A stretch of 64,000 nucleotides of DNA from an uncultured delta proteobacterium (GCA_963796685.1 CAWCMR010000025.1:704001-768000); one strand, 5' to 3'. Shown: positions 1-12,982, numbered from the stretch's first letter. Program-made: numbers and translations. Notes: generated from the letters alone by a model not told the origin.

Positions 1-158
1 AATTCACCCACCGTTTTCCGCAACGCAACCCACTGGTCCCTCATTTTCGGCCCCAGCCTTTCCATCGGCAACGTGGGCACGAACCTTTGAGCCGTCTACG
101 TCCACGGCCACCCGTCATCGCTTGCGCGGGCTAGCGAACTGGCCGATGATCCTCGGCC

Positions 159-2093
159 ATGAGAAGTCGCGCCTTGCTCGCCCTCTGCCTTGCCCCGCTT
201 TTTGCCTCGTCCTGTGCCACCTCGCCGCCGGTCGAGGTCGATTCCCTGGCGCTCAAGCGCGTGGTGATCTACCGCAACGGCGTGGCCTATTTCGAACGCG
301 AGGGTCGGGTCTCCGGCAGCAAGGTCAGCTTCCGTGTGCGTGGCGACGAGGTCGGCGACTTCTTGGCCAGCTTCGCGGTCATGGAAAAGGGCGGCAGCTC
401 GGTGCGGGCCGCGTCCTTTCCATTGCACCGGGAGGACGATGCCGGGCCCGCGCCCGACGGCGAGACGAAGAGGAATGCCCTGCCCAAGGATCCCAAGCAG
501 CGCCTCGAAAAGGTGGTCATGGAGCTCGACGGCGGCGAGCACGAGCTGACCGTGGGGTACATCGCCGAGGCACCCGTGTGGCGACCGTCGTACCGCCTGG
601 TCTTGGAAAAAGAGAAAGTGCACCTGCAGGTGTGGGGCATCGTGCAGAACTTGTCGGGCGAGGATTGGAGACACACACGTCTGACCGTCATCGCGGACGC
701 ACCGCTGGCCCTGCAGACGCAATTGGAGAAGCCCGTCATCCCCGCCCGGCCCGTTCTGGTGGAAGGCAACGAGGTGATGGCCGTGGTGCCGCAATCGGAA
801 ACCAGCCTAGCCGAAGCGCCCCTACCGCCCCCACCGGCCGCGGCACCGCCCATGGAAATGGAGGAAGCCAGGCAGGCCCCCGAAGGGTTCGGGCGTTCCT
901 CGCAATCGAAGGCCGGAGGTGGACTTGCGAATGCGCACAATGCCAAGAGGGAAAGCGCAAAAGCAGGCGTGAAGAAGTTTCTCGGTCCGCAGGGTAATGC
1001 CATGGCCAACCTGTTCGGCAACGACATGGCAGCGGCGCGCCCGGCCGCCACGCCCTCGCGCGCCCGAAACCTGGCCGCCCTCGCCGCCGTGGCGGTGACC
1101 GGAGGCGCGACCCGCTACGAGCTGCCCGAACCCGTGACCGTGCCGAACGGCAGCGCCACCATGCTCCTTCTGCTCGACAGGGAAGTGGCGGGCGAGTCCT
1201 CTTTTCTCTTCGCGCCCGACCCCGGCCTTCCCGAGTCGGCTGCGCACCCGTTCCGCGTGGCCCGCTTCACCAACCAGACCGGCGGCCTGCTCGAACGCGG
1301 GCCGCTGGCCTTTTTCGGCGAGGGCGGTTTTCTTGGCCAGGGCGTGATCGACGGCCTCCCCGCGGGCGCCAGCGCCACCGTGCCCTTCGCGCTCGAACAA
1401 AGCCTCGCGGTGGAGCGCAACACCGAGTACATCCAGGAAGGCTCGACCCTTTATCAGATCGAGATGGGCCAGCTCATCGTCAAGCGCCAGGTCGGGCCGC
1501 GCACCCGCTACACCATCAAGAGCGGGAGCTCCCGCGCCGCCAAGCTGTGGATCAAGCACCCGCGCCAGGCCGGCAGCAAGCTGCTCAATCCGCCCAAGGA
1601 TACCGAGGACAATCTCGGTACCGGCAGCGCGCTCGTGCCCGTTCAGGTCGCGCCGCAGGCCACCGCCACGCTCGTCCTCGACGAACGGCAAGGGCAGCAG
1701 ACGGCGGTGGATTGGCTGTCGCCCTTGGCCGAGGAAGCGGTCAAGGGCTACTTGAACGCCCCGGATTCGGACAAGGCCAGCGCCGCGGCCCTCAGGACCG
1801 CCTTCGGCCTGCGTAACGACTGGAAGAAGCTCAGCGACGAAACCAGCCGCCTGCGCACCGAGCAGGAGGACTTGGAGCGCTCCACCGAGGAGACCCGCGA
1901 CAACATCAAGGCCATCGAGAAGAACAAGGCCGCCGAGGATCTGCGCAAGACCCTGACCACCCGTCTGGCCAAGGCGTCGGCCCGCCTCGACGTGGTGGTG
2001 AAGCGGCTCATCGAGGTCGATCTGCAGGTCAAGGAAGTGGAGCTGCGCTTCCACGAGGCCATCAAGGACGTGCACATCCCCGCCCGCTCGTAA
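159..2093 (+). CDS. DUF4139-type putative lipoprotein with C-terminal coiled coil
   Basis: Signal peptide ending FASSC; LKRVVIYRNGVAYFER and WRPSYRL...W.IVQN.SGEDW motifs typical of DUF4140/DUF4139 proteins; strong GC3 bias. Confidence 0.7.
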   Translation: MRSRALLALCLAPLFASSCATSPPVEVDSLALKRVVIYRNGVAYFEREGRVSGSKVSFRVRGDEVGDFLASFAVMEKGGSSVRAASFPLHREDDAGPAPDGETKRNALPKDPKQRLEKVVMELDGGEHELTVGYIAEAPVWRPSYRLVLEKEKVHLQVWGIVQNLSGEDWRHTRLTVIADAPLALQTQLEKPVIPARPVLVEGNEVMAVVPQSETSLAEAPLPPPPAAAPPMEMEEARQAPEGFGRSSQSKAGGGLANAHNAKRESAKAGVKKFLGPQGNAMANLFGNDMAAARPAATPSRARNLAALAAVAVTGGATRYELPEPVTVPNGSATMLLLLDREVAGESSFLFAPDPGLPESAAHPFRVARFTNQTGGLLERGPLAFFGEGGFLGQGVIDGLPAGASATVPFALEQSLAVERNTEYIQEGSTLYQIEMGQLIVKRQVGPRTRYTIKSGSSRAAKLWIKHPRQAGSKLLNPPKDTEDNLGTGSALVPVQVAPQATATLVLDERQGQQTAVDWLSPLAEEAVKGYLNAPDSDKASAAALRTAFGLRNDWKKLSDETSRLRTEQEDLERSTEETRDNIKAIEKNKAAEDLRKTLTTRLAKASARLDVVVKRLIEVDLQVKEVELRFHEAIKDVHIPARS

Positions 2094-2152
2094 TTGCCCC
2101 CGCGTGCGGGAGCCTACCCGCCGCTGGCACCCGGGGACAGATGCTCACCCGC

Positions 2153-2291
2153 CTCGCTGCGCTCGGCGACCTCGCCCCGCTCCGCTCCGCTACGCGGGGC
2201 GAGGTGTTTCAGGTCAGGGTTCCCATCACCGCGTTGGCGGAGCCGGGCTTTGCCCGGCGGAGCCAGAGCGCGCGAGGCCGAGCGCAGCGAG
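2153..2291. repeat. REP-like nested palindromic element between convergent genes
   Basis: 15-bp perfect inverted repeat CTCGCTGCGCTCGGC (2153-2167 / 2277-2291) enclosing a 12-bp stem ACCTCGCCCCGC...GCGGGGCGAGGT (2169-2205). Confidence 0.55.
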
Positions 2292-2410
2292 CGGGGTGGT
2301 GGGTGGCGGGTAGGGGCCGAGGGTTTGGCGAGGCCGCGCGAAGCGCGGGGGTGGCAGGGCGGGTTGGCAGGTGCCGAGTGCAGAGCTGAACCCTCCCAGG
2401 GTTCCCATCC

Positions 2411-3046
2411 TCAAGAAAATCGCGCCACGCTGGAAACGCGGTGGCCGCTTTGCCAGAGCGCCTCCACCATGGCGGGCACCTCTTGATCGATGCGAAGGAT
2501 GGCCACGTGGTGCCCATCGTGCTCGAAGGTGGTCACGTTGCGCACGCGCGCCTCGTGCTTGGCGGCGAGCGCGCTCACCAGCGCGAAGACATCCTCGCTC
2601 TCCGCGACGTCGAAGGTAATGCGCACGCCCGGCGTTCCCGCGCCCAGCGCCGCCAGCAGTGCGCGCGAGATGTCCGAGCCGGTCAGGATACCGGCGAGGC
2701 GCAGGTTCGCGACCACCGGCAGGGCGTTGATGCGACGGTCGATGAGCTGGTGCGCCGCCTCTTCCAAAGGCGAATCCGGCCTGGCCGTAACCACCTCGGT
2801 GGTCATGATGTCGCGAATCGGCCGCGCCAGCTCGGTGGCCACCCTTCCAATCAACGAGAACGGGTTCAGATCGGGCGGGCAGGCTCGCAGGAGGTCGCTC
2901 TTGGTCAGAAGCCCCACCAAGCAGTCGCCTTCCACCACCGGCACTTGGCGAATACGCCGCTTGCCCAGAATACGGGCCGCGGTCGAAATCATGTCGCCAG
3001 GCGCAACAGCCACGACGTCTCGGGTCATCCACTCCGCGACCAACAT
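2411..3046 (-). CDS. CBS-pair plus ACT-like domain protein (AcuB-like)
   Basis: Two CBS repeats (WMTRDVV...QVPVV...LVGLLT..DL; IMTTEVV...ALPVV...GILT..DI) followed by a short ACT-like region. Confidence 0.8.
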   Translation of the reverse strand: MLVAEWMTRDVVAVAPGDMISTAARILGKRRIRQVPVVEGDCLVGLLTKSDLLRACPPDLNPFSLIGRVATELARPIRDIMTTEVVTARPDSPLEEAAHQLIDRRINALPVVANLRLAGILTGSDISRALLAALGAGTPGVRITFDVAESEDVFALVSALAAKHEARVRNVTTFEHDGHHVAILRIDQEVPAMVEALWQSGHRVSSVARFS

Positions 3047-3298
3047 GTGCCCAGCATGGGCCGAACCCTCGGGGTCTTACAAGGGGCGTGTTGCCGTTTC
3101 GGTCCGGAATTGCCAGAAATTACAGGCTTGAGCAGCTTGCGCGGCGGCCGAGATGGACGGCCAGAGGATGCGCAGAAACCGCATCGCTTTGCCCCGCGTG
3201 TACGCCTGTGACGGACATGGCCGGATAGGCGTCATTCCTCGCCACAGGCATGCTTTTCTCGGCCGAGCAGGCATAGGGGTTATATGCTTGGGGCACCC

Positions 3299-6200
3299 AT
3301 GAAGCGTAATGGCTGGAAATACGTGCGCGTCGTGTTGGTCGCGGTGGGCTTTGTCGGCGCGCTGATAAGTTGCAACTCGCACGTCTTGCTCGAGTCGGGC
3401 AAGCCCACCGTGGTGATCATCAATCCGCCGCCCGTCAAAGGTCCGCCCCCGCCGCCGGACGCGGGTTTGACGAACACCAATCCTTTCGGGAATCCTGTCA
3501 ACCTTACCCCCCTTCCCGACGCCGCGCCTTCGGACGATCCGCCACCCGTTCAGCCCCCCCAAGGCGACGCAGCGGTCGCGCCTCCCGACGCGGCCAAGAC
3601 TCCGGATGCGGCACCAGACTCGGCGCCCGATCTGCCACCGCCCACGGAAAACCTCAAATGCCCTGCCGGGGAGGTTCGCGTTCACGTGCGCGACGTGTGG
3701 TCGACCGCGGTCGATCCGCCGAGCATGAAGACCCTGACCGCCCCCCCTTCGGGGGTGCAGATTATCGACCCCGTCAACAACTACATCACCTACGGCGCCC
3801 GCATCGACGGGGCGAATTGCACTTACTATTCGGTTTGCTTGCCGACCACCGTCACCAAGATCCAAATCAAGCCCATCGGCGCGGATTCGTGTGCCACAGG
3901 CAGTCAGTCGGGCAATTTCGACATCTCGTCGTACACCAAGAACAGCGATGTCTGGATCGAGTACACCGGGACCGACAGCACCATCCAGGCCGACTACACT
4001 GCCTATCCGACCGCCGCGGTCGGCACGAACAAGTTCCATATCACCTCCGACAGCGCCACCCTGACCTACCCGGCCTGCAAGATCGGGACTCCGCCCGACG
4101 AGACCACGCCGGCCGGCTATACCAAGATTCATTTCCGCTGGCCGTGGAACGATCCCACGAATCCGGCGACGCCCTATCCCGGCTCGGGCTGCCCGCTCGA
4201 TTTCGCCGCCACGCTCGGCTTCTCGGTTCCGCCCTATCCGTCGAGCCTCAAGGTCACCGGCCTGAGCTGCGACATGGTGGCGGTCCTGGAGTTCCAGGAC
4301 GGCTCTTGCCCCTGGTACTACGTGCTCGTCCCCAACAGTGCCTGGCCTACCAGTGGCACCACTTCGAAGATCGTGTTCCGGTACCCGGACGACTCCAAGA
4401 ACCTCTACACGAACGGCATCCAGCTTCCGGCGCGAACCGCCAACGAGTACTGGATCGCCTACGCTGGTGCCCCCGACAACACCATCGCGTCCACCACGAA
4501 GTGCCAGGACTGGTCGTTGCAGACCAATTCCTACTTCATCTACACCTCGAATCCTGGGCCCGGCTACGCCAGTTGTGGTGGCAGCGTGACCCCGCCCGAC
4601 CCGTGCAGCCCGCTGCAACCGAGCGGCTACCATACGGTCCACTTCCGCTACCTGTGGGCCGGCCAGAAGACCTTCACCTTCTTCCCCAAGCCGGAGTTCA
4701 TGCCCAAGTGGATCGAGCTCGAGGTGAACGGCACCGGCAGCGCCCTCAAGGTGATCTGCCAGCGCGAGCAGGATCGGCCGTGGTTCGAATGTCCAGTCCC
4801 CGACTCCTCGTTCGGGCCGAACACCACCTGGCGCGCGGTGGACAAGCTGCACAGCCCGGAGTGGAACACGGTCCAACCGTGGCCGCTGCCCGCGACGCCC
4901 AAGGAATACTGGATCCGCTGGTACTACGGCAAGCCCGACATCCCACGCTCGGTGGACCCGCCTAACTTCAAGGTCTACGACTACTACCCCGATGGCAGCA
5001 ACGGCGACTGGTCGGCCACCGGGGTGTGGAACGACGGCATGTGCGCGCCCAAGCCACCCGCCACGCCGGTGACGGTAGGCTTCGGCAACGGGGCCTGGTT
5101 CCCGTACAAGAAGACCCACTACCTTTATCCCTACGGCGGATCGCTGGCCTATGTGTATCCCGACTCGTCCACGGTTCAGGATCTGTTCGACGCCTTCGTG
5201 TGGGAGCGCTACCAGCTCTGGAAACAGAACTGGGTCAAGTACGACGCCGACGCCTGCGGCACAGGAACCGCCATGGTCTGGAGCGACAATCCCAAGGGAA
5301 CGGTCAGCGAAGGCCTGGGCTATGGCATGGCCATCACCACCGCCATCGGCGACGAGGATCTGGCTGGCAAGCTTTGGCTGTTCATTCGTCACTACCTGTC
5401 CCAGAGCGCGAAGAAGTACTGCGGCGGTCTCATGGGCTGGATGTGGTCATCCCCCAGCGATTGTCGTCCCCTCGACAAGCCGTGCGACATCAGCACCGAG
5501 ACCTGCTCCGGAAACGGCGACAGCGCTTTCGATGGCGATGTGGATATCGCCATCGGGCTCGTCTACGCGGCCCTGCAGTGGCCGAACGACAACCCGCCGC
5601 AGTCCACCAGCACCTGGCAGCAAGCCGCCATCGATTGGCTGACCAAGATGGAGTGCGAGATCGATACCAACTACGACAGCCAATGGAACTACCCGTCGAC
5701 CGGCGACACCGATACCAAGAACTGCCAAGACTACCCCAACAAACCCTGTTCCTACCCCGTGGGATCCCCCAACACGGTTCGCTTGGATTACTATCCGCCG
5801 GGATATTTCAGGGTGTTCGGCGACTTCCTGGCCGCAAAGCTGGGCAGCGATCAAAAGGCGGCCAATGGCCAGACCCACCACGACTTCTGGTACAAGACGG
5901 CCGAGACGGTCTACGAGATGGAGGAAAAGTGCTACGACTCCGCGGTTCCACCGGCGCTGGTGGGCGCCAGGGGAATGGCCGACAAGCCGTGCGCGTCCCC
6001 AACCGAGGGCACGTACGAGGAGTTGCGCGGACTTTGGCGCGTGGGCATCGACGGCGCGTGGTTCGGCAACAATACCTCCCTGCCCGAAAACGTGACCAAT
6101 TCGTCGACCCACTATGGGCAGAAGTCGCGCATGCAAGCCAAGATCGACAACCAGCAGGACTTCTTCACCAACTTCTACAAGAAGAACCCGGTCGAGACCA

Positions 6201-6493
6201 ACACCAACCGCTTCTCCTCGCTTTGCGACCGACTCGACGGCACGGGGACGATCACCAACTGCGACTCGGCCTACGGGCACAATGCCTACACCGTCAACAT
6301 GGCCATGAGCAGCTACGTCAGCATGTTCGACGATGGTGGGGTCACGACCAATGACATCCGGCGTGAGGCGATCGAAGAGGCAATCTCCGCAACGGTCCAA
6401 GACGACCACTACTTCCAAGAATCGCTCGGTGTGTACTCGATCTTGTTCCTGACCGGCAACTTCCCCAACCCGATGGTGGTGCCGTCGAACTGA
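3299..6493 (+). CDS. Large lipoprotein: Pro-rich linker, three repeated N-terminal modules, C-terminal glycoside hydrolase family 8 domain
   Basis: Lipobox ALISC; GH8 motifs TVSEGLGYGM, GLMGW, SAFDGDVDIA and DYYPPGYF. Confidence 0.75.
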   Translation: MKRNGWKYVRVVLVAVGFVGALISCNSHVLLESGKPTVVIINPPPVKGPPPPPDAGLTNTNPFGNPVNLTPLPDAAPSDDPPPVQPPQGDAAVAPPDAAKTPDAAPDSAPDLPPPTENLKCPAGEVRVHVRDVWSTAVDPPSMKTLTAPPSGVQIIDPVNNYITYGARIDGANCTYYSVCLPTTVTKIQIKPIGADSCATGSQSGNFDISSYTKNSDVWIEYTGTDSTIQADYTAYPTAAVGTNKFHITSDSATLTYPACKIGTPPDETTPAGYTKIHFRWPWNDPTNPATPYPGSGCPLDFAATLGFSVPPYPSSLKVTGLSCDMVAVLEFQDGSCPWYYVLVPNSAWPTSGTTSKIVFRYPDDSKNLYTNGIQLPARTANEYWIAYAGAPDNTIASTTKCQDWSLQTNSYFIYTSNPGPGYASCGGSVTPPDPCSPLQPSGYHTVHFRYLWAGQKTFTFFPKPEFMPKWIELEVNGTGSALKVICQREQDRPWFECPVPDSSFGPNTTWRAVDKLHSPEWNTVQPWPLPATPKEYWIRWYYGKPDIPRSVDPPNFKVYDYYPDGSNGDWSATGVWNDGMCAPKPPATPVTVGFGNGAWFPYKKTHYLYPYGGSLAYVYPDSSTVQDLFDAFVWERYQLWKQNWVKYDADACGTGTAMVWSDNPKGTVSEGLGYGMAITTAIGDEDLAGKLWLFIRHYLSQSAKKYCGGLMGWMWSSPSDCRPLDKPCDISTETCSGNGDSAFDGDVDIAIGLVYAALQWPNDNPPQSTSTWQQAAIDWLTKMECEIDTNYDSQWNYPSTGDTDTKNCQDYPNKPCSYPVGSPNTVRLDYYPPGYFRVFGDFLAAKLGSDQKAANGQTHHDFWYKTAETVYEMEEKCYDSAVPPALVGARGMADKPCASPTEGTYEELRGLWRVGIDGAWFGNNTSLPENVTNSSTHYGQKSRMQAKIDNQQDFFTNFYKKNPVETNTNRFSSLCDRLDGTGTITNCDSAYGHNAYTVNMAMSSYVSMFDDGGVTTNDIRREAIEEAISATVQDDHYFQESLGVYSILFLTGNFPNPMVVPSN

Positions 6494-6542
6494 GTGTCTT
6501 CAGGACAGGTGCAGCTTTGTCCGGTACAATGCCCTGCGCACC

Positions 6543-9050
<2,508 letters not shown>

Positions 9051-9108
9051 CGCATCCGTCGCTGCCCTGTAACGAGCCGCACAGGGGTCGGGCGTCCCTG
9101 CGCACCGG

Positions 9109-9732
9109 ATGTGGTATTCAGGAATCGAGTTGAAAGCTACGCACCCCCACGAGCACCGCCCGCGACGGTTCAAGATCTGGATGCCGGCCCTGGCCCTGCT
9201 TGGAGGCCTGTGGCTGTGGGGGTTGGTGTCGTTTGTCGCCGCCGACGGCCACTTCGAGCTCACGCTTCCCAGGTTACGCAATCCGCCCGCCGGCCTGCAC
9301 AACCTGTCGCTGTGGGATCTCGGCCCCACCATCCGCGCCAGCTCGTTCTACGGCGACTGGGGCTCGCACCACCATCCGGCCTTCCTGGTAGACGGTAGGG
9401 TCCATCCCGACATGGTCGAGAAGTGGGCGTCGGCCGAACGCGATCGACATCCTTGGGTGGAGATCACCTGGCGCGAAAAGCACGACCTCGAACGGGTGGT
9501 CATTCGTCACGCCGGCAGCGTCGAATCGTCGGACCTTACGGCCCATCGCTACACCCTCCGCTGCCTGGGCGGCAGCGAGCCAGCGCCCACGCTGGAAGTG
9601 ACGTCGAATCAGGATTCGGTGGCCACGCACCCGCTCGCCTGCTCACAGGTGCAGGGTATTCGCATCGACTTCGTCCCCAACGACAGCAAGGGCATCGTTC
9701 GCATCTACGAAGTGGAGACGTGGGGAAAGTGA
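9109..9732 (+). CDS. Membrane-anchored discoidin/galactose-binding-like domain protein
   Basis: N-terminal TM helix; ASS...LVDG...KWAS...PWVEI...RIYEVE pattern; stop overlaps next start (GTGA). Confidence 0.55.
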   Translation: MWYSGIELKATHPHEHRPRRFKIWMPALALLGGLWLWGLVSFVAADGHFELTLPRLRNPPAGLHNLSLWDLGPTIRASSFYGDWGSHHHPAFLVDGRVHPDMVEKWASAERDRHPWVEITWREKHDLERVVIRHAGSVESSDLTAHRYTLRCLGGSEPAPTLEVTSNQDSVATHPLACSQVQGIRIDFVPNDSKGIVRIYEVETWGK

Positions 9733-11234
9733 GTCGACGCGGGGTCAATATCGCGCTCGGCACCATCGTTCTCCTCGGGCTCGTGCTGCGCGCTCTCGCC
9801 CTGCGCTATGAACCGGCCCATCACCCCGACGAGTTCTTCCAGTACCTCGAACCCGCCTGGGGCCGACTGACCGGTGCCAGCATCGAAACCTGGGAATGGC
9901 GCAGCGGCGTCCGCTCCTGGGTGCTGCCCGGCTATCACGGTGCCTGGATGGCAATCCTCATGAAGCTGGGTGTGCACGAAGGCAGCGTCATCGGCAAGAT
10001 CCTGCAGGCCCATTGGGCCTTGCTCAGCATGAGCCTGGTGTGGGCCGGATGGCGGGGAGGCATTCTGCTGACGAGGAGCTTGGCACACGGCCAAGGCCCA
10101 GCGGAAAGTTCCGCCGAAGCCGTCAGCGATCAGGCAGCGCCGGTGGGCTGGCAAGGCGGGCTCATGGGCGCACTCTTGTGCGCGGCCTTCCCGTTGCAGG
10201 TGAGGTTTTCCATCCACACCCTGAGCGAGGAGGCGTCGATCTTGTGCATGGTCTGCGCCCTGGTGCTGACGGCCGAGCTCGTCCACGCGCCAGGACCCAA
10301 GGATCGATGGCGGGCGGTGTGGATGGGCCTTCTGCTCGGGCTCGGGTTCTGCCTGCGCATTCAACACGGGCCGGTGCTTCTGTTGGCGATGCTATGGTTG
10401 CTCTTCGCCCGACGATTCGCGCTGGCGGCAGCGGCCTGCGCCGCGTTCCTCCTGCCCGTGCTGATGTTCGGGGTCGTGGATCGGCTGACCTGGGGCGGTT
10501 GGTTCGCTTCCTACATAAGCTACGTGAAATTCAACCTCATCGAAGGCGGCGCCTCGATGTTCGGCACCTTGCCGTGGAAGTGGTACTGGACGCAATTCTC
10601 CGGCCGTCTGCCCGTCGGGCTGCCTATCCTCGGCCTCTTGTGCCTGCTCGGCATCCGCCGCAACTGGCCATTCGTCGCTTCGGCCCTCGGGCTCGCGGTC
10701 CTGCTCAGCACACAGGCGCACAAGGAGGAGCGTTTTCTGATGCTCTTCTGGCCGCTCGTGCTGATCGCCGCCGCGGCGGGCGCGGGGACGTGGCTCGCGC
10801 GTAGACCGGCAGAGGTTCGCCTCGAGGGCAACCCAGCTCGGCCACGGCGTTGGCGCACGTGGGCCGTCCGCATCGCAATCCTTGCCGCCATCCCGGTCGT
10901 CCTCGCCGATGGCGCGCGCCATTGCCGAGGCAACGACTTCGGCGGTCTGTGGACCTCACGTTACGAGGCGCAGGCGTGGGCCGGAAAGCAACCCGACATG
11001 CGAGGATTGTTCCTGGATTTCTCGCTCTATACGGGCGGCTACATGTGGTTCAGCCGCAGCTTTCCCCAGCTTCACTTCGAAACGAAGCTGCTCGGCAATC
11101 CGCTGTTCAGCCACGTGCTGGCGCCGCGCGACTCCAGCGAGCGTCGCGAAGCCGAACGCGCGGGGTTCACGGAGGTCTTCAGCAAGGACGAGATGGTGGT
11201 GCTGCGCCGAAAGCCCCAGCCGACCGGCCCGTGA
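9729..11234 (+). CDS. GT22 (PIG-B/Alg9-like) polytopic mannosyltransferase-like protein
   Basis: HPDEFFQYLEPA...TWEW..GVRS and HKEERF motifs; many TM segments; GTG start coupled to upstream stop. Confidence 0.75.
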   Translation: MSRRGVNIALGTIVLLGLVLRALALRYEPAHHPDEFFQYLEPAWGRLTGASIETWEWRSGVRSWVLPGYHGAWMAILMKLGVHEGSVIGKILQAHWALLSMSLVWAGWRGGILLTRSLAHGQGPAESSAEAVSDQAAPVGWQGGLMGALLCAAFPLQVRFSIHTLSEEASILCMVCALVLTAELVHAPGPKDRWRAVWMGLLLGLGFCLRIQHGPVLLLAMLWLLFARRFALAAAACAAFLLPVLMFGVVDRLTWGGWFASYISYVKFNLIEGGASMFGTLPWKWYWTQFSGRLPVGLPILGLLCLLGIRRNWPFVASALGLAVLLSTQAHKEERFLMLFWPLVLIAAAAGAGTWLARRPAEVRLEGNPARPRRWRTWAVRIAILAAIPVVLADGARHCRGNDFGGLWTSRYEAQAWAGKQPDMRGLFLDFSLYTGGYMWFSRSFPQLHFETKLLGNPLFSHVLAPRDSSERREAERAGFTEVFSKDEMVVLRRKPQPTGP

Positions 11235-11236
11235 GG

Positions 11237-12982
11237 TCAGAACCGGCCTTGCGACAGCAGGCCCGGCAGAAGCTCGGCGGTGCCCATGGTCGATTGCACC
11301 GGCACGGCACCGGGCAGGGGAATGAACGACAAGGGCGCCAGATCGGACCTCGATTCGCGATGGCGATCGTAATTCATGGTGAGCAGCCAGCCAGCGACGA
11401 GGCCCAGGCCCGCGCCTACGAGAGAAAAGCGCGCCGTCCGGCTGTTGAGCGTAGCAGAGGTGTCGGCGCAGTGGGTGTTTTCAATTGTATTTCGGGTGCA
11501 GACCTCGATCGTGCTGGCGAATACAGCACCGGCAAATCCCGCCAGATCGACCATGATCACGCGTTGCCAGCTCGGACCATACACGCTCTGGTCTGGCAGA
11601 TAGGCCATGGCCAGCCCCGCGGCCAACCCCGTGTTGAGACCAACCAGCATGCCCCAGGCCAGGCGCTGCTTGATTCGGTTGCGGTAGTTGTTGTAGGCAT
11701 CGATCTCGCCCTGCGAGGAATTGCTTTGGACGCGTGAGGAACTGTCGTGCGGCGTCGCGACGGTAGCGGGATACTGCCCAATGGCGGACACGGCGATTGC
11801 GCCAGCCACGGTGCCGAGGAGCGCCGAGCTTTGGATGAGTGCCACCCGTCCGTAGTTCGGCGACAAATCATCCAGCCACCATCCTGCAAAGGCCCCTGCG
11901 GTCAGCCCGGCGGCACCGCCGAACCAGGTCGCTGTCCAACTTTGGCTAAGCCCCATGGCGAGAGTAGCGCCTTCAACGTCCCCAACCCACATTGATCCGA
12001 TACGAAACAGGGCCAAGTTGTCCCTAATGTAGCTCGGCACCAGCGGCGTCGTGGATGAGAGCACACCGAGCCCCAAGCCGCCCGCAAGCATCCCGGCACC
12101 GAAGAGCGAAATCGAAAGCGACGCATGAAGATTTCCCGGATCACCTTGCGTGAGTACCGCTAGCCCGCCGCCCACCGCGCCGATGCCGGTCCAAAAGCCG
12201 ATGAGCTCTGGCCGGCCGGAGCGCTGCACGTAGGTCAGGGGAAAGTCGACCATGCGCTCTTCGCCAGGCCCAAGCGTGATGGTCTCGCGCTTGGGTTGGT
12301 AATAGGCGGCCTCAGCGTAGATTTCGTAGTTCCCCGGGGGGACATCCTGTGCGTAGGGGTTCTGCGCGCGGTTGCCGCGCACGAACAGCGCCGCACCGGG
12401 CGGGTTCGTGTGGATGGTCAAGTGCGCGGGAATGGGTTCCAGCTTGAAGAACAACGGCTTGGTTTCGCCGACGTCGATGGACAGCTCGCGCGTTTCGCTG
12501 CCGAAGTTCGTCTTGGACACGGTCACGCGGTAGTGACCGCGTCGGATGCGGAATTCGTTGGGCGCCTGACCGGCGACGACCGTGCCCTGGCCTTCGATGC
12601 GTACGTCCACATCGTCGGGCACGGTGTTGATGACGAACACGCCGGGCCTGCGATTGATGGCCTCCAGGCGCAGGCGCGCCAGATCGGCCAAATCGCCCTC
12701 CTTCTGCTCGGCTAGGTAGGCCAGGTAGTGCTTGCGCGCGTTCACGAGCTGCCCCAGGTGGTACTCGCACTGGGCGATCATGAAGATGTTCTCTTTCTTG
12801 GGCGCGATCTCGTTGGCGAGCTGGAATTCCACCAGCGCCTGCTCCTTGTTGCCCGACTCGAAAAGGCTGACGCCCGCGTCGTAGTGTGCGTGCGCGCGTT
12901 CGAGGGCACTCGGCTCCTGCGCCGCCGGCGCAGGGCCTTGCAAGAGAAACAACAAGACGAGCGAGCTGACCAGAACGCGCAC
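11237..12982 (-). CDS. TPR plus two PEGA domains with Gly-rich hydrophobic C-terminus
   Basis: Signal peptide, TPR-like helices, PEGA patterns (INTVPDDVDVRIEG; IHTNPPGAALFVRG); coupled to kinase stop. Confidence 0.75.
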   Translation of the reverse strand: MRVLVSSLVLLFLLQGPAPAAQEPSALERAHAHYDAGVSLFESGNKEQALVEFQLANEIAPKKENIFMIAQCEYHLGQLVNARKHYLAYLAEQKEGDLADLARLRLEAINRRPGVFVINTVPDDVDVRIEGQGTVVAGQAPNEFRIRRGHYRVTVSKTNFGSETRELSIDVGETKPLFFKLEPIPAHLTIHTNPPGAALFVRGNRAQNPYAQDVPPGNYEIYAEAAYYQPKRETITLGPGEERMVDFPLTYVQRSGRPELIGFWTGIGAVGGGLAVLTQGDPGNLHASLSISLFGAGMLAGGLGLGVLSSTTPLVPSYIRDNLALFRIGSMWVGDVEGATLAMGLSQSWTATWFGGAAGLTAGAFAGWWLDDLSPNYGRVALIQSSALLGTVAGAIAVSAIGQYPATVATPHDSSSRVQSNSSQGEIDAYNNYRNRIKQRLAWGMLVGLNTGLAAGLAMAYLPDQSVYGPSWQRVIMVDLAGFAGAVFASTIEVCTRNTIENTHCADTSATLNSRTARFSLVGAGLGLVAGWLLTMNYDRHRESRSDLAPLSFIPLPGAVPVQSTMGTAELLPGLLSQGRF

